A stretch of 63,996 nucleotides of DNA, the filler included, from Alcyonidium flabelliforme (lineage: Eukaryota): NCBI GenBank assembly GCA_026167845.1. It is 19 parts of 19 records of this genome, joined end to end, with 100 filler letters (N's around TTAATTAATTAA, not from the genome) between each part and the next. Parts side by side here need not be neighbours in the genome. Positions count along the whole stretch, not along the records: positions 53,999 to 56,814 come from JAOQFJ010000025.1; positions 56,915 to 59,726 come from JAOQFJ010000026.1; positions 59,827 to 62,625 come from JAOQFJ010000027.1; positions 62,726 to 63,996 come from JAOQFJ010000188.1; 15 more parts are not named here. One strand, 5' to 3'. The position numbers and the translations under genes are program-made. The notes below the pieces were generated by a model, which worked only from the letters and a program-made list of their open reading frames with translations, was not told the origin of the DNA and searched no databases. The stretch's first letter is position 1, and every line of letters begins with the position of its first letter. Positions 55,105 through 63,996 of the stretch are shown one piece after another.

Positions 55105-56709
55105 CAGCGATTCCCGCTACTTGTGCTCCGCGATTGGCATTGCGGATAACTATGTTTGAGCCAAGAGATCACCTGCCAGGCCTAAAAGCCCGGAAAAAAT
55201 CATTATTAATGTACTTAACACACAACACAGAGAACGTTTTTCAAGCTAACATTTGATCATTCACGAACCCTATGACGTATCAGGAGATAATACTGATTTT
55301 TTAAACCCGTAAGCCAAACCCCTAACCAAGTCTTCCCAACTCAAAATATAGTAACCATCAAACGTCGTACGGACTTTAAACCAAAGACGTTTTTTACTTC
55401 CCATAACCTCTTTGGCTTGCTGCGTCAAACCACAACCGAGAAATTGCAGTTCATCAACCATAAATGCCAGCATCATTAAAAGTGCTAATACTTCTGAGAG
55501 ATGCTTATTGCCGTGACCAAAGTTGTGCTCAAACTCGTAGCCCTGTGTTTTTAGTGTGTTATAGGTTTCATTTTCTACTTTCCAGCGTGCGCGACCTCCT
55601 CTCATGATTTCCATGACATTTTTATCTGAAATTAAAATATCAGTTACCCAGGTAAAGTGTTGTTTCTTACCGTTCGGCTTGATTTCCCAATACTCTAAAA
55701 AATTAACCCGAATATGCTCATTTGACTCATTTAAAGGGGCATCGTTAATGTATTTAAATTGATGTATGCAACCTTTTGCATCCTTGTACTCATAGTAATG
55801 GCATTGATTGGCTTCCACCCAATTAAATAACCACGTATGATCTGCAGGCTTCGCACCAAGGATAAATTGGTAGTCCAGTTGCTGTAGTAGCTCAATATGT
55901 GGTGCATTTGAGGCCAATGCATCCTCTACAATCAGCAGCTTCAAGTGAGGGTGCTCACGCTTCAAATCCTTAAGTAAGCGTTTGGAGGCGTTACGCTCGC
56001 AGTCATTTTTCTTCGCTCCGTCTTGTTTTTGAATAAACTCTGGACAAAAAGGAATCACTTGGGGCTTATCAGGGTGAACTAAAACAGCTCCCAGCATTTG
56101 ATGGTAATACGTTTGTGTCCCATCGCGATGGTTTTTAACACAACAGTTATCACAATGAATCGTCTTTGATGAAAAATAACCAGTGCCATCAATTGAGACA
56201 AGATAACGCCCGTTTAGATACACGTAAGGTTCCAAAGCCTTATGGCGCTGAGCTTCAGAAAACAAGCGTGTAAATCCCTTGCGTAAAGTTTTCGGAGACA
56301 ATTGATCCAAACGTTCTCGCAATGATGTGTCAGACGGCACTTGTGTGATATGGAACAGATTTTTTAAATTGTGGCCTTGAACAGGATCAAGACGGTCTTT
56401 ATCAAACTGCAGCAATGATGGATATTTTAGTTTAAACAGAGCAAAGCCTGACATAAGGTAATGAACCAAGGGAATCTTTGGCTTGATAGTCGTCGTTTTA
56501 TCTGTAATGCTTGTGAATACATCGCAAATACATTTGATTAAACTTTCTGCGGATAGTCTGTTTTTCGTTTTTTTGGCCATTGCTTACACATCTTTAACTT
56601 GTTGTAATAAGGCCTATATTACCAGATATAGCTAGTTTACGAAAACAAGTTTCCAAGCTGCTCTACAGGTCAATGTTTATAAGGGTTCTGCATCTGGCGG
56701 GAATCGCTG
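55105..56709 (-). mobile_element. Complete insertion sequence (about 1605 bp) with DDE transposase 55270-56580 (ISNCY/IS4-like)
   Basis: 13-bp terminal inverted repeats CAGCGATTCCCGC (55105-55117) and GCGGGAATCGCTG (56697-56709); motifs SIDGTG, KNDCE, VEDAL, RARWKVENETYNTLK. Confidence 0.85.
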
Positions 56710-56814
56710 ATGGTAATGGGCGTGTTGGACGTGCCATTGCTGAGCAAGCTTTGGCTCAAGACCTTAATCGACCACCACTGCTTAGCCTGTCAACCATCAT
56801 TGAGAAAGACAAGA
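56709..56814 (+). pseudogene. Fic-domain gene fragment interrupted by the IS inside its catalytic motif
   Basis: DGNGRVGRAIAEQALAQD, the second half of HPFxDGNGRxxR, begins exactly at the IS end. Confidence 0.75.
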
Positions 56815-56914
56815 NNNNNNNNNNNNNNNNNNNNNNNNNNNNNNNNNNNNNNNNNNNNTTAATTAATTAANNNNNNNNNNNNNNNNNNNNNNNNNNNNNN
56901 NNNNNNNNNNNNNN

Positions 56915-59182
56915 GCCAAGACGATATCAGACAACCTAATTGACAGTGATAAAGATTTAGTCCGTTATAACCCTGATATAAGTGTGGCAGATGCAGGAAG
57001 ATATGGTAGCAATGGCTACGCCATCAGAGGGGTAGATGGCAATAGGGTAGCTTTAAACTTAGATGGCGTTAGCTTGCCAGATAAGCAAGTCAATGAAATA
57101 TTTTCAGCTTATGGATATATGTTTGAGGGTCGATTTTCACCCGATGTAGAGCTTCTGTCAGAGGTGGAGTTTGAAGTCGGGGCGGACTCTTTTAATTCTG
57201 GTAGTGGTGCAATGGGAGGGTCTGTTAGTTTCAAGACCAAAGACCCAGAAGATTTAATAAGACCTGATCGTCAACTTGGTGGTTATATCAAAACAGGTTA
57301 TAGCAATAGCAATGAAGAATTTAGTAACGCTTTTGGTTTAGCAGGGAAAAACGATAAGGTTGAGGCAATAATTAATTATGTGCATCGTGAAGGACATGAA
57401 ACAAAAAATCACCGAATGTTAGATTTCGATAAAAACAAACTAGATCCTGCCTATGATTTTATCAATGATCCAGACTATAAATATCCCTCTACAGGATACA
57501 GATCTAATACAGCAGCAATATTACCTGACCCATTAAGTTATACAACAGAGGCAACGTTAGCAAAGTTATACCTCCATTTGAACGAAGAAAACCGATTAGG
57601 TTTTCATGCCACTAAACAAAAAACGGATAGAGTATCCAATAACTTTACCAGAAAGACTTTTGCTTCAAGAATTGGTAAGGATACTGCAGAATTAGAAAGT
57701 TATGGCATCAGTCATAGATACCTACCTATTACTAGTGAGTTCATAGATGAGGTCAATACCACTTTAACTCAGCAAAAAATTACAGGAGTGGCTAATACAG
57801 AAACTTATAGCCAAGTATGGGGATCTGACTCTTATAGGGTAGATGGAGTGATGCATCGGCCTCAAGAGGACAAAACCATACAACTAAGTATAGAGGCAAC
57901 AAGCTTACCGTTAGAAACTGAGAAGCTAGGCTCTCATACTTTGTCAGTTAATACAAAATATGCAAAGACGGACCATAGATTGACCTTAGAAGAAACTTAT
58001 ATTCCTTCTTCAGGCAACCCCAGTTCTTGGTACGATTTTATTGGGCCCTCAGTGAAGCAAGATATCTTCAATGTGGCCATTCAAGACAAAATAAATTTAA
58101 CGGAAAAGCTCGATACGACGATTGGACTTCGGTATGACAATTATAACTACAAACCCTATATGGATGAAATCAATAAAAAAGGCATCGAGAAGGCGAGCAA
58201 ATATTATCCGGTACGTATTGATTATGAGAATGGCGAGTTTGATCACAATAATAAAATGGACAATATAGGAGGGATGTTTTCCATAAACTACAAACTTAGC
58301 CCATATTTACAGACCCAGTATCAGCTATCTACAGGATTCATGGCACCCGCTACCAGCCAAATGTATTCAGCATTTGAGATGATGGGAAACAGTTTGACGC
58401 CCAATGTTCATCTTAAGCCTGAGAAATCTATCAATCATGAACTTAGCTTGTCTGGCCAGTTTCAAGATTTAAGTTTTACAGCTATAGGTTTCTATACTAA
58501 ATATAGTGACTTTATCAGTTTGTTGAATTCTCAAGAGGAACAACAACGATGCTATGAAGATTATTCGACCGGCCAACCGGTTTGTTCACCCCTTTCTATA
58601 AATATACTCAGCGCCCAAAATATTGGTGACGCAGAGACTTATGGATTGCGTTTAGGAGGCGTATGGGATGTTGGACAGCTTGCTGACCTAGAAGGAGATA
58701 TTCGAGAAATTGCTAATTTAAGTTATGCCAAAGATAAAACTGATAAAGGAACCAACTTACTTGCGACTCAGCCTTTGAATGTCACATTCGGGTTAGGTTA
58801 TGAAGCCCCTAAAAAGGATTGGCAACTGTCTGCGAATCTAAGGTATTTAGGCAGAAAACATGCTGAAGACGCAAAAGTAGCTACCTTAGAATCAAATGGT
58901 TATAACATGCCTTATGAAAATGTCATTGCTCCTTATAAGCACATTGATAAGTCTAAATCGGCTTATGTATATGATGTTTATGGCAGTAAAAGACTAGGTT
59001 CTAATTTAAAACTATCAGCAGGGGTGTTTAATTTATTTAATGCTAAATATGTTCCATGGGACAACTTGCGTTCGTTAGCAGAATTAAACGTCAACTCTAT
59101 GGTAGATGACCAAGGGGTTGGCATTGAAAGATTTACGGCACCAGGAAGAAATTACAAAGTAGGGTTAACCTACGAATTTTAG
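56915..59182 (+). CDS. TonB-dependent hemoglobin/heme receptor (HmbR/HpuB-like; 5' partial)
   Basis: Plug GYAIRGVDGNRV...GSGAMGG; FMAP and NVHLKPE (FRAP/NPNL-like boxes); C-terminal APGRNYKVGLTYEF. Confidence 0.9.
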   Translation, partial: AKTISDNLIDSDKDLVRYNPDISVADAGRYGSNGYAIRGVDGNRVALNLDGVSLPDKQVNEIFSAYGYMFEGRFSPDVELLSEVEFEVGADSFNSGSGAMGGSVSFKTKDPEDLIRPDRQLGGYIKTGYSNSNEEFSNAFGLAGKNDKVEAIINYVHREGHETKNHRMLDFDKNKLDPAYDFINDPDYKYPSTGYRSNTAAILPDPLSYTTEATLAKLYLHLNEENRLGFHATKQKTDRVSNNFTRKTFASRIGKDTAELESYGISHRYLPITSEFIDEVNTTLTQQKITGVANTETYSQVWGSDSYRVDGVMHRPQEDKTIQLSIEATSLPLETEKLGSHTLSVNTKYAKTDHRLTLEETYIPSSGNPSSWYDFIGPSVKQDIFNVAIQDKINLTEKLDTTIGLRYDNYNYKPYMDEINKKGIEKASKYYPVRIDYENGEFDHNNKMDNIGGMFSINYKLSPYLQTQYQLSTGFMAPATSQMYSAFEMMGNSLTPNVHLKPEKSINHELSLSGQFQDLSFTAIGFYTKYSDFISLLNSQEEQQRCYEDYSTGQPVCSPLSINILSAQNIGDAETYGLRLGGVWDVGQLADLEGDIREIANLSYAKDKTDKGTNLLATQPLNVTFGLGYEAPKKDWQLSANLRYLGRKHAEDAKVATLESNGYNMPYENVIAPYKHIDKSKSAYVYDVYGSKRLGSNLKLSAGVFNLFNAKYVPWDNLRSLAELNVNSMVDDQGVGIERFTAPGRNYKVGLTYEF

Positions 59183-59321
59183 CCCATATGTCTTGGATAA
59201 AATACATAAAAAACTATCAATAAAAACCCAAAAATATTTTGGCGTGCGCTCAATCTAAAAAAAGCTAACTAAATAGGATGAAATGGGAGAGCGCCCCTTA
59301 AATTAATAAATATAGGAAACA

Positions 59322-59726
59322 GTGATGAACTTACCTCTTAGTGAAGCATTAAAAAAGCACTCCCGCCAAACACATGATAGTGTTGACATGCTCGTTTTAT
59401 CTATGGAACCATTTGCCTCTATAGAAAATTACAGTAAATTTTTACAAGCACAAAATGCTTTTCACGAAGTTTTGAAACCTATCTATGAGAATCCCAGCTT
59501 AAACCTTAAGATTAAGGGACTTAATAGTCTATCACGCTTAGAACAAGTAGCCATGGACATGCAAGACCTTCACGTTAAGACTATGTTAGTCGATGAGGCT
59601 ATACCTAGTCCAAGTGAGTTTGAATCTATTGGTTGGCTTTATTGCTCTGAAGGTTCAAATTTAGGCGCCGCAATTTTATATAAAGAAGCTCAAAAAATTG
59701 AACTTACAAGTAATCATGGTGCAAAA
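59322..59726 (+). CDS. hemO: Biliverdin-producing heme oxygenase (HemO/PigA-like; 3' partial)
   Basis: THDSVD..V.S.EPFAS.ENY.KFL and GWLYCSEGSNLGAA; adjacent to the heme receptor. Confidence 0.85.
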
Positions 59727-59826
59727 NNNNNNNNNNNNNNNNNNNNNNNNNNNNNNNNNNNNNNNNNNNNTTAATTAATTAANNNNNNNNNNNNNNNNNN
59801 NNNNNNNNNNNNNNNNNNNNNNNNNN

Positions 59827-62625
59827 GTTTGGAAAGTTTTTAGATTATCCGGACTTTTGCAGAGAGTAACACAATTAACGACCGTTCGCGGAGAGGATCG
59901 TTTTAATTGTGAGAGGAGCTCCCCATATGAGCTCCTAGCTGCCTGAGAGACTGCGCATGCGTAGCTCTCGTATGGCTGCCCATAGATCTTGCAATCAGAT
60001 TGCAGTACCGACCTATTATGTTCTGTGGAACAATTGTTCAGAACATAGTCCGAAAGATATTTCGGAATTCTCCTATCTCTCTGGGGCCTACCATGCGACT
60101 GAGATTCAGCCGGATTTAATAAATCCGGCTGAGGCAGACTAGGAAGGGCAGAAGGAGATGGCTTGCTAGCATTGCTGCTAACAGGTCCTCGTTTCTCAAC
60201 GCTTGCCGGAAGATTTAATTCCGGTGTCCCACTACGTGGGATCTTGAACTTTACCTCCACAGTAGACTCAGATTCGCTAATTTTTTTACGCGGATCTATT
60301 TCTCTGCTAGGAGGTAAATAGGCAACCTTTGGGCTTATCAAGATCGACCTCAGAGGCGAACTCCATGAGTACGACCTTATACGACCTGAAGGTGCCCTAG
60401 GATCTCCAATGGAGTTCCCAGTTCGTGCTGCATCCGATGGAGCAGATGGCTGAGTTCCCTCCCGAGAAGGAATTAACTCCTTCACAGGGGGCCAGACCCA
60501 TTCTGGCGAGTCTTCTCGCTTCCTGGGTCCCCTCGCGCCGCCGCTCCCTTCCTTTCTGCGCACTCCCTCGCTGAGGGTAGGTGCACGTCCAGGTCCATCG
60601 GAGCAGCCTTTGAACAATTTAAGCCGTTGTTCACTCTGGACGGAACCGTCCGAGATTCGGTAGGTATGATTACCGAAACCTTCACCGATGGTGAAAGGCC
60701 CCACATACTTGGATGTGAGCTTCTGACTAACCCCTCGCTTGCGGCGGTAATTTTTCAGAAGCACCAGATCCCCTTTCAGGAATCTCGGTGGCTCGTCCCG
60801 GTCTTCCGTACGGACCTCAACCTGTTGCTTGCGCAACAGGTCGTGTGCCGTGACCAGGTGGTCGTTCAACTCTTGGGCGTATTTTGAGGCCACCCAACTT
60901 TCTGCCGGTAGGTCGAACAGAACCTGATCCGGGATGCGGGTTTCGCGTACCATCATCAGAAAGTTGGGTGTCTCCTTGGTCGTAGAGTGAGGGGTGGCCC
61001 GCATTGCTCTCATGATAGAGGGCAACAGCAGGTCCCAATCCTCTTGCTCACGACCAAGTAATAAGGCCCGCAGTGAATCCCCGAGGACTCAATTCCCCCG
61101 TTCCACGACTCCGTTACCTTGTGGGTGATATGGGGTCGTCCTCGACTTATCGACCCCCCACAAGGCACAGAGTTCTTGGAACAACACGGACTCACACTGC
61201 ACCCCTTGGTCAGTGTGGATTGCCTCCGGCAAGCCGAAGTAGCAAAACACTCTTTCCTCTAGGGCGCGAGCGACTGTCTCCGCGGTCTTATCCGGCAGGG
61301 GTATGGCGTCTTGCCACCTGGTGAAGTGATCCGTAATGACCAAGATCTCCACGTTTCCACGTGTAGTCATGGGCATCGGACCTACCAGGTCGACCGCCAC
61401 CCTCTGCCAGGGTCGTCCGCAAAACAGCCGCTGTCGGTTATCCGTGGCGGTAGTGTCGCTCCTTTTACCGAGCTGACACCGTTCGCACGTGGGTACGAGG
61501 CGACGTATATACGCGGTCATGCCCGGCCAGTACCAGCACAGTTGGACCTTCTTCAAGGTCCTGGCTATGCCAGCGTGGACGAGTTTATGCGCCTCCCAGA
61601 CGACCACGTTGCGTATGGCCGCCGGGCATACAACCCACCGGAGTCTCCTTCCATTACGAAGTGTATCGACCCCGAGGACCCCCTTGGGATCGATTGTTAG
61701 TCGATCTTGCAGGGCCCACAGCTTCTTTAGTTCAAGTGAAGCAACGTCCAACTGTGAGGTCGGAATAGGTTTGTTCGCCAGGATAGCCGCGTACGCTGTA
61801 CCGACCTCCTGCTGGTCCTCCCGTTGGAGTTTAGCCAAGTCCATCGGAGGAGGTCGAACTTCGCCAGTAACTTTACTAGCTCGGCTCTCCGAATCCAACT
61901 CGACTCGGAGCTGCTCTAAGGTCTGACCGCCGTCCCTTTCCTCAATGCGAACGCACTGAACACAAGGGTCGCCCACGCGGCGGCTCATGCCATCCGCGTT
62001 CCCGTGTTTTACTCCGGGGCGATGTTCCGCTTTATAGGGGAACTCGGACCAAATCTCAAGCCAACGGGCTATCTGTCCAGTGGGTTCCTTGCGCCGACAC
62101 AGCCACAGTAACGAGGCATGGTCGGTGCGTAAACGGAACTCCCTGCCGTACAAGTACGGCTTAAAGTGACGCACAGCCTTGACGACGGCCAACAGTTCAC
62201 GGCGAGTCACACAGTAATTCCGCTCCGAACTAGACAGCGTTTTACTGAAGTACGCGATGACCCTCTCCCTTCCATCCTGGATCTGGGAGAGTACGGCCCC
62301 GACCCCGTCATTGCTGGCATCGGTGTCCAGTATGTACTTTAATGACGGGTCGGGATATCCCAGGATGGGAGCCGTAACCAACAGGTCGCGTAACGACGTA
62401 AAGGCGCTGCGTTCGCTCGGACCAAAATTCCAGGTAACTCCTTTACCCGTCAACGTGGTCAGTGGTTTGGCACACGTGGCGAAGTCAGGGATGTACTGGT
62501 GGTAGTACCCCACCGTTCCCAGAAAAGCCCGCAGCTCAGTCAAGTTCCATGGCTCAGGCCACTCCTTGACTGCCGCGATCTTCTCCGGGTCGGTGGAAAC
62601 CCCTTCCTCACTCACGATGTGCCCC
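59827..62625 (-). mobile_element. Ty3/Gypsy LTR retrotransposon pol (RT end, RNase H, integrase) with premature stop at 61089-61091
   Basis: FLGTVGYY, LDTDAS, RRELLA, TDHASL, NADGMSR, HHCC zinc finger, VDLVGP, TDQG, TTPYHPQGNGVVER; the frame resumes after a TGA (probably from CGA). Confidence 0.92.
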
Positions 62626-63996
62626 NNNNNNNNNNNNNNNNNNNNNNNNNNNNNNNNNNNNNNNNNNNNTTAATTAATTAANNNNNNNNNNNNNNNNNNN
62701 NNNNNNNNNNNNNNNNNNNNNNNNNCATCTAGTTAAATGATTTATCAGTAATACATGGTTGCCTCTGTTCAATAAAATCTTCAGAACATGGAAATCGGTT
62801 GTATTTTGTACCTTGGACACATACACTAGATACCCCTAAAACTACTTAAGATGCCCATTTTTATACTGAAAAACTACTTAATACTACTTGACACTACTTG
62901 AAGACTACTGAAAAAGTACTTAATTTATACTTGAAAGTTATAATCCTCTTTCATGTGCAGTCAATCAAGTTGATTTGTATTCATGCCTAATATCATGATT
63001 GGTAGATAATTGTTGGTCTACTAGTTGAGGAAATTTCATGCTGACTTAATTGTTTACATTTCTATTTAACTTCATGCAGTAGTAGTGACTGTTTTTTGTA
63101 ACATCAAAACCTGCTTATTTTTACCATTTCTTATTGCACAACATGTAGTTGTGTTAAAAACTGAGCACAACAAACTTTGAATGGTGATTATTGGCCAAGA
63201 AATAGTTATTTTAGCTTCTTGAGCAAAAAGATGTACTTGAACTGCACAGTTTTCATGCTTAACTGATAATTCTTTATTTACACACAATAGAAATATCCTA
63301 CTGAGAGATCTACTTATGTTTTGAATAGGCTTACTATATTAACAGGTTCTGATTAATAATATTAATACCTTTTTTATTTTAACATTTTAATGTAAAAATA
63401 TTTTTGAAGATTATTAAAACACTATCAGTAAACTTTGAACCGGAAAAATTGAGCGAGAAATGGCCAAGTTAAGTATGTCAGTTCAATTTTAACTTGAATC
63501 TCTGTTTGCTGTCCTAAACAGTTCACTGCTAGATGAAACAATATTTTCAGACAACACGACTTCAAATAACATGATACTTTAGATTACTGTTACAGTAGGT
63601 TTCCGAGTTATGCTCCTTTGTATATACAACATACAGGTTTGTGACGCGGCAAAATGACGTCAGAAATATCTGTTATTACGAGCCATTGAGAGGGGAAATG
63701 GGTAGAGACCACCGCTTGAAGGAAATAATATTGCCTTTTCACGAATCACAAATGATAAATTCCTGCAATCGTGGGTCACGAAAATAATATAATCCTTTCC
63801 CGCCTCAACAATAATTACTGTATATAAACAGGTTGTACGCAGTACTAATAGTCTATTGGACGCTCCTAAGAAGATAATTATACTGCAGATTAGTCAAAAT
63901 GGTTAGAGCGCAGTTGACGGATTTTCGTTAGAGGAGCTACAAAGGGGGTAAGCAAGAGGGTTCAATTTTATTGCAAAGAAATAAAAAAAGGTAATC

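Noticed and set aside
55105..55172. N-terminus MISWLKH...NRC of ORF 54174-55172
   Set aside because: Read-through from the end of the neighbouring IS, not part of the transposase.
62726..63996. Final contig, including a short ACTACTT-rich patch and a 71-aa ORF
   Set aside because: AT-rich, eukaryote-like non-coding sequence with no supportable feature.

Overview
This is not a contiguous locus. It is 19 unrelated contigs (about 4.1 to 2.8 kb, in decreasing length order, the last cut off by the window) joined by artificial 100-bp spacers (N44-TTAATTAATTAA-N44), apparently a host-associated metagenome. Bacterial contigs, probably Psychrobacter/Moraxellaceae: (i) an AT-rich two-reverse-transcriptase anti-phage cassette (DRT type 3-like, drt3a-drt3b) with a structured downstream region carrying an ACACAC tract, inserted between glyA and gltS; (ii) a complete ~4.03-kb ColE2-type/MobQ plasmid; (iii) pilY1-pilE; (iv) a prophage Sak4/SSB early module; (v) a TonB heme receptor with heme oxygenase. 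Bacterial contigs of unassigned origin: a GC-rich phage-like contig and a compound IS contig. Eukaryotic contigs, probably from a mollusc host: a heavily rearranged mitochondrial fragment, several CR1/L2-group LINEs, a Gypsy pol, two intron-containing Polinton/Maverick-type pPolB pseudogenes (one fused to a bacterial Cas7f fragment), a Helentron-like repeat element, and an RLE-type non-LTR retrotransposon fused to an AMSH-like JAMM deubiquitinase domain. The top candidates are the DRT3 cassette with its putative template ncRNA and the retrotransposon-JAMM fusion. All family assignments come from motif recognition by eye; no searches were run.
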